A program made the position numbers and the translations under genes. A stretch of DNA of 64,000 bases, taken from positions 14,136-78,135 of the forward strand of contig JAHFOV010000002.1 of the NCBI GenBank assembly GCA_023261505.1, given 5' to 3'. Shown here piece by piece: positions 27,645 to 37,489 of the stretch (positions within the stretch are counted from its first letter, which is position 1; each line of letters opens with the position of its first letter). The notes below the pieces were generated by a model. It was given only the letters and a program-made list of their open reading frames with translations. It was not told the origin of the DNA and made no database searches. The stretch comes from Planctomycetota bacterium. Lineage in GTDB: Bacteria > Planctomycetota > Brocadiia > Brocadiales > Bathyanammoxibiaceae.

Positions 27645-29108
27645 ATGCGCTCCCTCCTCTACGATGTATTTAGCTCTACCAAGACTTCCATAGTCCTATT
27701 TGGTATCCTCCTGTTATTTTATCTGGTGGGAAATGTCCTCCCTTACGGTGGTGATTATGAGCAAATTAAGGTCACAGGATTGGCCTTAAAGATTATAAGA
27801 GGGCTGGACCTCCTTAATGTTTATTCAGGCCCATACTTCCTGGGAGTGGTAGGGCTTTTTTTCATTAACCTTTGCCTCTGCACTTATAAGCGGTTCCTTT
27901 GGATACTCAAGATCAGGCAGCCGGCTTTGCTTTCAGTTTCTAGCCTTTCTGCCCATAAGGACACAGTATGTTTTCAGCCGCCTTATGGTCCTGAAGAGGC
28001 AGTAAGACGTATTGAGAGATTTTTCAAGAATAGGCTTTTCTTCCAAAAACCTGCCCAACTTTTGGGAGAAGCCCAGTTAGGGGGAGTGTTTGAGCAAGGG
28101 TTTATCCACTACGTATGGCTCTCTCTCTCATATCATATCTCTGTGATAATAGCGGTGATTGGGGCTGTTATAACCTTCCTTTTTGCCTTTGAGTCTACCC
28201 TGACCATCTATCCAGGGGAACCTGTGGAGGTTGCTACCGTCTCAAAGGACATAAGGTGGAATAAGTACATTGGCGCTGAAACGCATTTTGAGGTCCCTCC
28301 GGAGGCGAAGTTCAAGTTGGGTCTTGAGAATTTTTCTATTACATATACTCAGAAGCCCAGCATAGAGAACTTCCCTGCCAAGGGCTTCGGACCCAGACTT
28401 AAAGAATCTCTAAAACCAGGGGGTTTGATAGTCTCTTCTGCGGAGGACGCCTTTTATGCAGTAGAGTATGCAAGTCGCATAGTGGTGTATAGTGGTGGGC
28501 GACCTGGAAAGGAAGTTACTGTTAAAGTGAATGAGCCTCTGCGCTACAGGGGACTGACTTTCTATCAAAGCGCTTATGACTACCGCTTTGATCTTCTTGC
28601 CAACGGTGTAAAGGTGGAGCCAGACGCCAGCGGTAAATATATGCTTCCAGGTGTGGAGGGAGAGTTCACCGCCCAGCAGGTAGTTTCAGGCACACTACTT
28701 TTAAAAGATGGAAGTAAATGCATTATTCGTCCTTTTGTGAAGCTGGCCTATATGGGGGGTGGCCCTGCCACCCCTGGAGAGGGGAAGCCGGCCTCAGGCA
28801 GAGAGGTATTTAAGATTTACGAAGGTGAACGAAAGGAGATTAAAGGGGTGCAGGTAGAGGTGGGAAACATTAAGGCTGGCACAGTCCTGAGTTATCGTCA
28901 CGACCCAGGGGTACCCCTCCTCTGGATAGCGGCCCCTGTACTCTTCTTTGGGATGCTCTTCAGGGCCTGGGGGAGGTGGTTAAGGACTAGCTACATAGTG
29001 CAGAAGATCCCTGAGGGCAGCCAGGCCTACGTGCAAGTTCAAAGGGCGGGGATTTTTGGGGGTGAGGTTAGGATGATGGGAAAATTACGCCATACCCTTG
29101 AGGGGTAA
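27645..29108 (+). CDS. resB: System II cytochrome c biogenesis protein ResB/CcsB
   Basis: N-terminal TM pair, a large soluble loop and a C-terminal TM, which is ResB architecture. Adjacent to ccsA. Confidence 0.75.
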   Translation: MRSLLYDVFSSTKTSIVLFGILLLFYLVGNVLPYGGDYEQIKVTGLALKIIRGLDLLNVYSGPYFLGVVGLFFINLCLCTYKRFLWILKIRQPALLSVSSLSAHKDTVCFQPPYGPEEAVRRIERFFKNRLFFQKPAQLLGEAQLGGVFEQGFIHYVWLSLSYHISVIIAVIGAVITFLFAFESTLTIYPGEPVEVATVSKDIRWNKYIGAETHFEVPPEAKFKLGLENFSITYTQKPSIENFPAKGFGPRLKESLKPGGLIVSSAEDAFYAVEYASRIVVYSGGRPGKEVTVKVNEPLRYRGLTFYQSAYDYRFDLLANGVKVEPDASGKYMLPGVEGEFTAQQVVSGTLLLKDGSKCIIRPFVKLAYMGGGPATPGEGKPASGREVFKIYEGERKEIKGVQVEVGNIKAGTVLSYRHDPGVPLLWIAAPVLFFGMLFRAWGRWLRTSYIVQKIPEGSQAYVQVQRAGIFGGEVRMMGKLRHTLEG

Positions 29109-29196
29109 TAGGTCAGTAGCTATTAGATTAACACCTATAAAACCCATTGTCCTGGAAAGTTTAATTTGCTAAAATATACTTTTGTAAGGTGAGAAA

Positions 29197-29463
29197 ATGA
29201 AACAAGAAATACATCCAGAATATGTAGATTGTACCGTAATATGCGGTTGTGGCGAAACCTTTAGAACTCGTTCCACCAAGCCCAAGATAATGGTGGAAAT
29301 ATGTTCCAAGTGTCATCCGTTTTATACGGGTCGACAGAAACTGGTAGATACCACTGGCAAAGTGGAGAGATTTCGCCGCAGGTACAGAAAAGGTGCTGGA
29401 GCTGTGGAAGCTGTAGCAAAAGCAGGTTTGCCTCTGGCGGACCTGCCTAAGACAGGACAATGA
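29197..29463 (+). CDS. rpmE: 50S ribosomal protein L31
   Basis: 'MKQEIHPEY...CGCG...[10 protein letters not shown]'. Confidence 0.9.
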   Translation: MKQEIHPEYVDCTVICGCGETFRTRSTKPKIMVEICSKCHPFYTGRQKLVDTTGKVERFRRRYRKGAGAVEAVAKAGLPLADLPKTGQ

Positions 29464-30548
29464 AGGACAACATATTACAAAAACTAAAGGTATTGTATGA
29501 GAGGTACATGGAGCTGGAGAAGCTAATAGCCGAGCCAGCTACATTGGCCAATCCTGCCCAGTATGGTACCTATATGAAGGAGAGGGGGAATCTGTCCAAA
29601 ATAGTCCAGCCTTACCTCCAGCTTACTCAGCTCCTCAAGCAGAAGGAGGAGACGGGGAGGATGGTCTCAGAAGGGGAAGATAAAGAGCTTCAACATCTGG
29701 CCAAGGAAGAACTCCAGCAAATAGAAGAAAAGGAAAAAGAACTCCTTGAAGACATCACTAACCAGCTCCTTTCTCGAGAGGGAGGTGGAGAAAGGAGTGT
29801 CATCATGGAGCTAAGGGCGGGGACTGGAGGAGAGGAGGCCGCTTTATTCGCCGCAGACCTCTTTCGTATGTATGCGAAATATGCGGAGAGACAAGGCTGG
29901 AAGGTAGAAGTCTTTGATAGTAACCCTACGGAACTTGGTGGGCTTAAGGAGGCTATCTTTTCTGTTGAGGGAGATGGTGCATATGAGAAACTCCGTCACG
30001 AGAGTGGCACCCACAGGGTACAGAGGATACCCGCCACGGAGACCCAGGGTAGGATACATACCTCTGCCGCTACTGTGGCCGTCCTGCCGGAGGTGGAAGA
30101 CGTAGAAATCAATATTGATCCTAAGGACTTAAAGATTGAAACGATGAGATCCTCTGGGCCAGGGGGTCAAAAAGTTAACAAGACAAGCTCCGCTGTAAGA
30201 ATGACCCACATTCCCACTGGGATAACTGTAAGATGTCAGGATGAGAAGTCCCAGCACAAGAATAGGGCAAAGGCCATGCGCATCCTCAGGAGCCGCCTTT
30301 ACGAGTTCTATGAGGAGCAAGAAAGGCAGAAAAGGGATAAGGCCCGCAGGGGGCAGATTGGCACTGGAGACCGTAGCGAAAAGATTCGTACTTACAACTT
30401 CCCGCAGAATCGTGTGACTGACCACAGGATAAACTTCTCTCTTTACGATCTGGAGAAGTTCATGGCAGGTCATATAGATGAAATGCTGGAACAACTTCAG
30501 GCACACAGCAAGGAAGAACAATTAAAACAGCTGGTGGCAACCCCTTAA
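29460..30548 (+). CDS. prfA: peptide chain release factor 1
   Basis: '[17 protein letters not shown]' (PxT tripeptide) and the '[11 protein letters not shown]' GGQ motif. ATGA overlap with rpmE. Confidence 0.9.
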   Translation: MKDNILQKLKVLYERYMELEKLIAEPATLANPAQYGTYMKERGNLSKIVQPYLQLTQLLKQKEETGRMVSEGEDKELQHLAKEELQQIEEKEKELLEDITNQLLSREGGGERSVIMELRAGTGGEEAALFAADLFRMYAKYAERQGWKVEVFDSNPTELGGLKEAIFSVEGDGAYEKLRHESGTHRVQRIPATETQGRIHTSAATVAVLPEVEDVEINIDPKDLKIETMRSSGPGGQKVNKTSSAVRMTHIPTGITVRCQDEKSQHKNRAKAMRILRSRLYEFYEEQERQKRDKARRGQIGTGDRSEKIRTYNFPQNRVTDHRINFSLYDLEKFMAGHIDEMLEQLQAHSKEEQLKQLVATP

Positions 30549-30569
30549 CATTACTATTACTTTATATTA

Positions 30570-31469
30570 ATGCCCCATAATCTCCCGCTAAGCCCTCAAA
30601 AAGGGTCTAGAAGCCTCCAGGAGGTATTGGCAGAGGCCACCAAGCTCCTGGAAAAGGCGGGAATCGATTCTCCTCGTCTAGATGCAGAAGTACTTCTATC
30701 AGCAGTCCTAAGCCTTCCTAGACACCAACTTTATACGAACCTCAATGAACCCATAGACAGCTCTTCCCTTCGACTCTTCCGGCGTTTGGTCAAAAAGCGG
30801 GCCAGTAGGGTACCCCTCCAGTACATTGTTGGACATGTAGAATTCATGTCCTTGGACTTCCTCACGAAAAAAGGAATATTCATACCCAGGCCTGAGACTG
30901 AGCTTGTAGTGGAGGCAGTGCTGGAGCGGGCAGACCTTACAAGACCTTTAATAATCATGGATATTGGCACGGGAAGCGGAAGCATAGCTGTTTCCCTTGC
31001 CTTTAATCTTTCCCATGCAGAGGTATATGCATCTGACATCTCTCAAAAGGCCCTAAGACTGGCCCGATTTAATGCCAAGAGGTATCTGGTAGACGACAGA
31101 GTTTTTTTCTTAAAGGGTTCTCTTTATGGCGCATTTAAGGGCCTGGGGCTGGAGGGGAAGGTGGACTTTATTGCTTCTAACCCCCCTTACGTTCCGGAGG
31201 GGGAGTGGAAGGAACTTCAGCCTGAGGTAAGAGAACACGAGGCCCCAGAGGCGCTCATTGCTGGTAAAGACGGCGTGGATTGCTATCGAGAGATCACAGA
31301 AGTAGCGCCCCTCTGGCTCAGACCCGGAGGTTGGCTGGTCCTGGAGATAGGGGAGGGGCAAGCTGCTCCTATAAAGGAGCTTATTCTGAAGGAAAAAAGT
31401 CTGGGAGGGGTGGAGGTAATAAAAGACCTGCAGGGCATAGAGCGGGTGATAATAGCCAGGAGAGGATAA
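30570..31469 (+). CDS. prmC: release factor glutamine N5-methyltransferase
   Basis: 'DIGTGSGSIA' SAM motif and 'SNPPYV'. Confidence 0.85.
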   Translation: MPHNLPLSPQKGSRSLQEVLAEATKLLEKAGIDSPRLDAEVLLSAVLSLPRHQLYTNLNEPIDSSSLRLFRRLVKKRASRVPLQYIVGHVEFMSLDFLTKKGIFIPRPETELVVEAVLERADLTRPLIIMDIGTGSGSIAVSLAFNLSHAEVYASDISQKALRLARFNAKRYLVDDRVFFLKGSLYGAFKGLGLEGKVDFIASNPPYVPEGEWKELQPEVREHEAPEALIAGKDGVDCYREITEVAPLWLRPGGWLVLEIGEGQAAPIKELILKEKSLGGVEVIKDLQGIERVIIARRG

Positions 31470-32776
31470 TGGAAAAGCTTGTTATTGAGGGCGGAAGGCG
31501 TCTCCACGGTAGGGTTTCAGTTAACGGGGCTAAGAATGCTGCCTTACCCATCATGGCTGCCTGTATACTTACACATGGCATCTCCAGGATAAAGGGCATT
31601 CCTAACATTACTGACGTACGCCTTATGGTGGATTTGCTCCGCCGCCTTGGGTTGACGGTCGAGCGTTTGAAGGACGGAACTCTTGAACTAGCGGTAACAA
31701 GCCCGGGAGAGGTAGTAGCTCCAAATGAATTGGTCAAAGAAATGAGGGCTTCTATCTGTGTTTTGGGCCCACTATTGGGAAGGTGGGGAAGGGCAGAGGT
31801 AGCAAGGCCAGGGGGCTGTGTGATAGGGTATAGGGGCATAGACCTGCACCTAAAAGGGCTGGAGGCACTGGGAGCAAAGATAATTCAGGATAAAGGATAT
31901 ATTATAGCTGAGGGTAGCGATCTTTTTGGAAGAGAACTGCATCTGGCCGGGTCTTTTGGCCCTACAGTCCTTGGTACGGCCAACGTGATGATGGCCGCTT
32001 GCTTGGCAAAAGGCACAACAGTTATAAAGAGCGCAGCCTGCGAGCCGGAGATTCAAGACCTTGCTCACTTCCTCAACTTGGCTGGGGCAAAAATAACAGG
32101 AATAGGCACCAGTTGTCTAGTGATTGAGGGGGTAGAGGAGCTTAGCGGTGTAGAATATGAAATAATTCCAGACAGGATAGAGGTAGGAAGCTTCATGGTG
32201 GCCAGTGCAATAACCCGAGGGAACATCCTCATAGAAAATGTCAGGATGGAACATTTAGGTGCAACGATAGAAAAATTGAGAGAAATAGGGGTGATAGTGG
32301 AAGAAGAAGAAAAAGGGTGCAGGGTAAAAGGAACAGACGAATTGAAAGCCACCTGCATTGGCACCCTTCCTTACCCGGGTTTTGCCACGGACATGCAGCC
32401 TCAGTTTACCTCCCTGCTGAGCATAGCCCAAGGTACTAGCGTTATTACTGAAAAGGTTTTTCCTGATAGGGCTACGCACATTGCCGAGCTTAGTAGAATG
32501 GGGGCGAGCATCACAAAAGAAGGCCCTAATATCATCATTAAGGGTGTACAAAACCTTTCCGGTGCTGAGGTCACGGCAACTGACCTGAGGGCTAGTGCTA
32601 GTTTAATACTGGCAGGGCTCGTAGCCAGGGGTACTACAGAAATTAGAGGCGTTCATCATCTGGACAGAGGTTATGAACACCTGGAAGAGAGGCTAGCTCA
32701 ACTCGGCGCAAAAATAAAGAGGGTGCTGGACCAACCCCTGTTGCATATGCCCAAGCCTGTGGATATGATGACTTAG
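31469..32776 (+). CDS. murA: UDP-N-acetylglucosamine 1-carboxyvinyltransferase
   Basis: 'MEKLVIEGGRRLHGRVSVNGAKNAALPI' and active-site 'RPGGCVIGYRGIDLHL'. The ATG overlaps the prmC TAA (TAATG). The 31280 start in the ORF track is an artefactual extension. Confidence 0.9.
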   Translation: MEKLVIEGGRRLHGRVSVNGAKNAALPIMAACILTHGISRIKGIPNITDVRLMVDLLRRLGLTVERLKDGTLELAVTSPGEVVAPNELVKEMRASICVLGPLLGRWGRAEVARPGGCVIGYRGIDLHLKGLEALGAKIIQDKGYIIAEGSDLFGRELHLAGSFGPTVLGTANVMMAACLAKGTTVIKSAACEPEIQDLAHFLNLAGAKITGIGTSCLVIEGVEELSGVEYEIIPDRIEVGSFMVASAITRGNILIENVRMEHLGATIEKLREIGVIVEEEEKGCRVKGTDELKATCIGTLPYPGFATDMQPQFTSLLSIAQGTSVITEKVFPDRATHIAELSRMGASITKEGPNIIIKGVQNLSGAEVTATDLRASASLILAGLVARGTTEIRGVHHLDRGYEHLEERLAQLGAKIKRVLDQPLLHMPKPVDMMT

Positions 32777-32869
32777 GATTATTGAAGAGTGCCAGTTAGG
32801 CAGTGTTCCTCTATTTAAGTTCCATTTGCATATCTTAAGACCTTTAAGTATAATGCCTTGGGTTAAACT

Positions 32870-34225
32870 ATGTTTGAAGCTATTACGAAAAGTCTAGAGG
32901 CTGTCTTTGACAGGCTTAGAGGAAGGGGCCGTCTTACCAGGGAAAACATTCAGGAAGGGCTTAGAGAGGTAAGGACTGCCTTACTGGAGGCAGATGTTAA
33001 CTATAAGGTCGTCAAAGATTTAATCAATAGGGTTACAGAAAAGGCTGTAGGAGAGGAGGTTCTCCAGAGTGTCGCACCTGGACAACAGATAGTAAAGATT
33101 ATCTACGATGAGCTTGTAAGGCTAATGGGCCCCGTGGGCCAACCTATGACCTTCCAGGAAGGTAATCCCACCGTGATAATGTTAGTGGGGCTTCACGGTT
33201 GCGGCAAGACTACCACTTCGGCCAAGCTTGCCAAATTGGCCCTATCCAAAGGAAGAAAACCCCTCCTTGTGGCAGCCGACATCCAAAGACCTGCAGCCAT
33301 AGAGCAACTAAAAGTACTGGGCAAACAGTTAGGTATTCCTGTTTATTCCGAGAATGGCGGTCAACCTCCTTTACTCTGCCAGAGGGCCTTTGATTATGCC
33401 ATAAAGAATGGACAGAATGTGGTCATTCTGGACACTGCCGGAAGGCTGCACATTGATGAGGAATTGATGGCAGAGCTACGGGAGATAAAGGAAAGGACTA
33501 AACCATATAGTGTCTTGTTTGTCTGCGATGCCATGACAGGGCAGGATGCCGTAAATAGTGCCAAAGAGTTTAATTCCCAGCTGGAATTTGATGGGGCAAT
33601 CCTTACTAAAATGGACGGTGATACCCGCGGCGGGGCTGCTCTCTCTATTAAGGCTGTTACAGGCAAACCAATAAAGTATGTTGGGGTAGGCGAAAAGCTG
33701 GATATGCTGGAGGAGTTCTACCCGGATAGGATGGCCTCAAGGATACTGGGGATGGGAGACGTGGTCACCCTGGTGGAGAAGGCCCAGGCTGCCGTTAAAG
33801 AGGAGGATGCCAAGGCCTTTGCCAGGAAGATAAAAGAGGAGTCCCTCACCCTTGAAGACTTCCTTGACCAGCTCCAGAAAATAAAGAAAATGGGTCCTTT
33901 GCAGGAACTCCTGAGCATGATTCCAGGCATGGGCACCAAGATGGAAGGCCTGGAGGTTGAAGAGGCCCAGATGAAGAAAATTGAGGCCATGATACAGTCC
34001 ATGACTAAGGAAGAAAGAGCAAATCCTGATCTTATTGATGGAAGCCATCGTCAGCGGATTGCCAGAGGTAGTGCCACCACCCCTCACGACATAAACCAAC
34101 TCCTCAAACAATTCCGCTTTATGAAAAAGATGCTCAAAACCGCTTTTGGTGGAGCCACTAGCCTATCCCGAATGGGCCTCCCAAAGGGCCTACCCGCAGG
34201 CATGTTCAAAGGAAAGAGGAAATAA
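32870..34225 (+). CDS. ffh: signal recognition particle protein
   Basis: 'GLHGCGKTTT', 'DTAGR', 'TKMDGD' and a Met-rich M domain. Confidence 0.9.
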   Translation: MFEAITKSLEAVFDRLRGRGRLTRENIQEGLREVRTALLEADVNYKVVKDLINRVTEKAVGEEVLQSVAPGQQIVKIIYDELVRLMGPVGQPMTFQEGNPTVIMLVGLHGCGKTTTSAKLAKLALSKGRKPLLVAADIQRPAAIEQLKVLGKQLGIPVYSENGGQPPLLCQRAFDYAIKNGQNVVILDTAGRLHIDEELMAELREIKERTKPYSVLFVCDAMTGQDAVNSAKEFNSQLEFDGAILTKMDGDTRGGAALSIKAVTGKPIKYVGVGEKLDMLEEFYPDRMASRILGMGDVVTLVEKAQAAVKEEDAKAFARKIKEESLTLEDFLDQLQKIKKMGPLQELLSMIPGMGTKMEGLEVEEAQMKKIEAMIQSMTKEERANPDLIDGSHRQRIARGSATTPHDINQLLKQFRFMKKMLKTAFGGATSLSRMGLPKGLPAGMFKGKRK

Positions 34226-34379
34226 GTTCTCCTGAGGGGCTTCCTCTACTAAAAATTCTATCCTTTACATAACAGCGGCGATAGCGGCGTCTTTTTTCAA
34301 ATAGACTTTATTGAAGTGCTTTAATCTAATGTTATACGAAAGCAGATGGCGTAACGGATAATTGAATTGGGACTAAATT

Positions 34380-34877
34380 ATGCAGTTCAAAGTTGGGATA
34401 GGGCAAGACAGTCACCGCTTTGAGGAAAAAGGTAAGAGTAAGCCTCTTATTTTAGGGGGAGTTGAAATACCATGTGAGCTGACATTAATGGGCAATAGTG
34501 ACGCCGATGTAGTTCTCCACGCCCTTTGCAATGCAATATCTGGAATTAGTGGGAAAGTAATACTTGGTCCCCATACAGATAGGTTATGTGAGCAAGGGAT
34601 TACTGATAGCGCCGTATATGTTAGGGAAGCCCTGAAGACATTAAAGGACTATAAAATAGCACATGTAGCAGTGACAATAGAATGTCTAACCCCCAGGATA
34701 GTTCCACACATTGACAAAATGCGATCTAGAATAGCTGAAATCCTTGATATAAAAATCGAAGATGTCGGGATAACCGCTACGAGCGGTGAGGGCCTTACGT
34801 TATTTGGCCAGGGAGCGGGTGTTCAAGCTTTTGTATTAGTTACAGCTATGCAGGAAAAACCAGTAAGTTCCATTTGA
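34380..34877 (+). CDS. ispF: 2-C-methyl-D-erythritol 2,4-cyclodiphosphate synthase
   Basis: 'GIGQDSHRF', 'SDADVVLHAL' and 'TATSGEGL'. Confidence 0.8.
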   Translation: MQFKVGIGQDSHRFEEKGKSKPLILGGVEIPCELTLMGNSDADVVLHALCNAISGISGKVILGPHTDRLCEQGITDSAVYVREALKTLKDYKIAHVAVTIECLTPRIVPHIDKMRSRIAEILDIKIEDVGITATSGEGLTLFGQGAGVQAFVLVTAMQEKPVSSI

Positions 34878-34972
34878 GAACTCTGGGAAATTATCTAAAA
34901 TGACATGGTAACGGTGCAGCTTTCGGAGAGAGTTTTCGGGGCATCGAGTCAGAACATAATCAGGAGGAATGA

Positions 34973-35227
34973 ATGGTTAGAATCAGATTGAAGAGGATGG
35001 GCAGAAAGAACAGGCCCTTTTACAGGATTGCCATTATGGATGCCAGGGAGGAGAGGGACGGTAAGACCATTGAAGAGGTTGGCTGGTACGACCCTCTGGC
35101 AAGCGACAATTCCAAAAGGGAGTTTGTAAAGAAGGAACGCATAGAGTACTGGCTTAGTGTTGGGGCAAAACCTTCAGAATCTGCGGCAGCCATACTTAAA
35201 AGGCAGGGAATTTCTTTTAAGCCATAA
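34973..35227 (+). CDS. rpsP: 30S ribosomal protein S16
   Basis: 'MVRIRLKRMGRKNRPFYRI'. Confidence 0.9.
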   Translation: MVRIRLKRMGRKNRPFYRIAIMDAREERDGKTIEEVGWYDPLASDNSKREFVKKERIEYWLSVGAKPSESAAAILKRQGISFKP

Positions 35228-35234
35228 AATAAAT

Positions 35235-35291
35235 GTAGGGGCAGACCTTTAGGTCTGCCCAATGTGGACAGGTCTTCAAACCTGTCCCTAC
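35235..35291 (+). terminator. compound hairpin downstream of rpsP
   Basis: 'gtaggg-GCAGACC-ttta-GGTCTGC-ccaatgtg-GACAGGT-cttcaa-ACCTGTC-cctac'. A similar 'gtagggcagg..cctgcccctac' hairpin lies at 5734-5761. Confidence 0.5.
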
Positions 35292-35318
35292 ATTGAAAAA
35301 TCCTGAGATTTCTAGAAC

Positions 35319-36374
35319 GTGAAGCATGAATATGACGTCGTGGTGGTAGGGGCAGGACCCTCCGGGGCTGCTACTGCAAAAGGGCTTAGCCGGAATGGTT
35401 TGAAGGTACTAATAGTAGAGAGAAAGAAGCTCCCCAGGTACAAGATATGCTCCGGGCTAATTAACGAGAAGTCCCAGAAGCTCACCCAGAAACATTTCGG
35501 ACAAATTCCCGATGAATGTTACTGCAGGCCAAAGATAATAAAAGGGGTTCGCCTCTGGGAAAATACTGAAAAACATACCAACTGGCCTTTTGGGGGAAAG
35601 GATGGGGCGCCTAATGTTTGGAGGGCACAGTACGATAAATGGCTGGTGGACCATTCAGGGGCAGAGGTAAGGGATGGGTGCCTGCTTAAGGATTTCAAGG
35701 TTAATAGTAAAGCTATAACCCTTTATTGCCAGGACGAGAGCGAAGGAAGTATTGAAATAAGTTGCAAATATCTCGTGGGAGCAGAAGGATGCCTCTCATC
35801 AATAAGGGCCAAACTGAATCCCAAACTTGAGAGCGAATGCCTCTGGTTCCTTGCCTACCAGAACTATTATGAGGGAGAATGCAGCCTCGACCCCGAATGG
35901 TATCATGGGTTTCTGGACGCAAGTCTCGGAGAGATATACGCCTGGTTCAATGTAAAGGACGATTTCATTATCTTCGGCACCTCCATTAAGCGGGGAGAGA
36001 AGTTTGAACCTTACCTCAAGACTTACACTGAGTTCCTTCAGAAAAACTTTGGATTAAAGCTGGGGAGGCTTGTAAGGAAATCCAGTTGCCTGGGCACAAA
36101 CCTTTGTGCAACTGGGAATTTCTATCTGGGAAGTGGGAACATACTCCTTGTGGGAGAGGCCGCAGGGTTTCTAAACATGTTCGGAGAAGGCATATCCTCT
36201 GCCCTAGCCACCGGACTATTGGCCGCCCAGGCCGTCAACGAAGCTGAATCAGAAAACCCAAACAGACCCGTGCTTGAGATTTACACAGAGCTTACCAGAC
36301 AAGAGCGCCGAGAAACCCTTGCCTCGTGGAAGCTGGCCAACAGGATAGCAGGGAGAAGGCTGTTGCTAGAGTGA
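35319..36374 (+). CDS. FAD-dependent oxidoreductase (geranylgeranyl reductase family-like)
   Basis: 'YDVVVVGAGPSGAATA' dinucleotide fold and 'LLVGEAAGF'. GTG start. Confidence 0.7.
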   Translation: MKHEYDVVVVGAGPSGAATAKGLSRNGLKVLIVERKKLPRYKICSGLINEKSQKLTQKHFGQIPDECYCRPKIIKGVRLWENTEKHTNWPFGGKDGAPNVWRAQYDKWLVDHSGAEVRDGCLLKDFKVNSKAITLYCQDESEGSIEISCKYLVGAEGCLSSIRAKLNPKLESECLWFLAYQNYYEGECSLDPEWYHGFLDASLGEIYAWFNVKDDFIIFGTSIKRGEKFEPYLKTYTEFLQKNFGLKLGRLVRKSSCLGTNLCATGNFYLGSGNILLVGEAAGFLNMFGEGISSALATGLLAAQAVNEAESENPNRPVLEIYTELTRQERRETLASWKLANRIAGRRLLLE

Positions 36375-36527
36375 ACTAGGTAGTAGGCAGTAGGCAGACC
36401 CAGGTCATTGCGAGCGAAGCGAAGCAATCCCATAGGAATGAGATTGCTTCGTCGCTTCGCTCCTCGCAATGACAGAGAGTGGAAGGCCGTCAACAGGATA
36501 GCAGGTAGAAAGCTATTACTAGAATAA
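36326..36527 (+). repeat. 49-bp direct duplication of a gene 3' end flanking inserted repeats
   Basis: 36326-36374 and 36479-36527 are identical at 39 of 49 positions by hand alignment. Both encode W-K-x-x-N-R-I-A-G-R-(R/K)-L-L-L-E-stop. Confidence 0.8.
36404..36473. repeat. family A palindromic repeat, archetypal copy
   Basis: 'gtcattgcgagcgaagcgaagcaatc-ccataggaatgag-attgcttcgtcgcttcgctcctcgcaatgac'. Confidence 0.85.
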
Positions 36528-36529
36528 AG

Positions 36530-36592
36530 CAGGAAGTAGCCGCTTGCTGCTTACTCCCTCCTGTTTACTGTCTACTCGCTACTATCTCCTAT
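36530..36592. repeat. family E right-arm tract; partner left arm at 36378-36397
   Basis: 'ggaagtagccgcttgctgcttactccctcctgtttactgtctactcgctactatc'. Lies between convergent genes. Confidence 0.65.
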
Positions 36593-37489
36593 TTACTGCC
36601 TTTCCGCCTTCCTGAATAGCCCTTTTCTCCTGAGGCCAAGTAACCCCGCCAGCCCAGTGCCAAGTAGAATCAAGGTGGAAGGTTCAGGCGTTGGTTTTGT
36701 GCAGGTATAGTCGTCAAAAACATTCGTACTAACTATTGCTGTGCTTCCCGCAGCGTCACGCTGAGCCCAAGTGAAATTGCTTACCAAAAACCCTTTACCA
36801 CTTGCGTAGTGATCGTTTTCAGCAAAAACTTTTCCAGTGCCTTCACGTTTGGCGTGGATTTGTCCTGTAACAGACACTGAACCCCCGCTACCAAAAAAAC
36901 CCTGCCCTGTATCGGTCGTACTGAATTCAATCATTAACTCATTTGCGAGTGGAGTGAAAAGGAATTTTGTCTTAGGTGGCATAGCACCTGGTTCCCAATT
37001 GAACGACAGCTCGACTGGGCCCTTCCCCACCTTAAGACCGACAGAAACTTTGTCATTGTTCACTTCAACGTTTGGATCTACATCAATAGTCCACTTATCA
37101 GTATAGTCAAAGTCTGCGCATCCTTCATTCTTAACAGAGAATGTCCATGTTTTTGGAAACAAGTTAGCGCCAGGCGCTCCCGGTGGTAGGTTTGGCCTTC
37201 CTGGAACTATTAAAGGCGTGAAAAACGGTGCATCAAGGTTGTAGAATTCTCTAAAATGGAAGTTGTCCCTATGGCTTATAAAGTAAGCATGGGGTTCCAC
37301 TGAAAATAAGTTCAAACGACTATCTACTGTCCAAGTGCCGCCGAAAACTGGAGGTAAAATGCTTCCTGGAACTATATGAGAATGTATATCCTGATGTTTT
37401 ATAGGATGTGCATCACTTATTGAAAAGTGACCAAAAGAAATGTAAAAAATGGTAATTATTAGGAAATAAAATAATTTTTGTAAGCACAT
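36593..37489 (-). CDS. PEP-CTERM sorting-domain secreted protein
   Basis: C-terminus 'PTPEPSTLILLGTGLAGLLGLRRKGLFRK' and an N-terminal signal. The ATG at 37489 lies 7 nt after AAAGGAGGG. Confidence 0.8.
   Translation of the reverse strand: MCLQKLFYFLIITIFYISFGHFSISDAHPIKHQDIHSHIVPGSILPPVFGGTWTVDSRLNLFSVEPHAYFISHRDNFHFREFYNLDAPFFTPLIVPGRPNLPPGAPGANLFPKTWTFSVKNEGCADFDYTDKWTIDVDPNVEVNNDKVSVGLKVGKGPVELSFNWEPGAMPPKTKFLFTPLANELMIEFSTTDTGQGFFGSGGSVSVTGQIHAKREGTGKVFAENDHYASGKGFLVSNFTWAQRDAAGSTAIVSTNVFDDYTCTKPTPEPSTLILLGTGLAGLLGLRRKGLFRKAERQ

Noticed and set aside
31280-31468. The ORF track extends murA 63 codons upstream, to 31280.
   Set aside because: The extension overlaps the prmC 3' end in another frame. 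The canonical MurA N-terminus 'MEKLVIEGG' starts at the ATG at 31469, in a TAATG overlap.
36281-36493. Three ORFs (36281-36493, 10504-10770 and 52252-52518, all minus strand) contain 'SLRGAKRRSNL...LRFARND'-type peptides.
   Set aside because: They are translations of family A palindromic repeats and are not conserved as proteins. The same DNA also reads through on the other strand.
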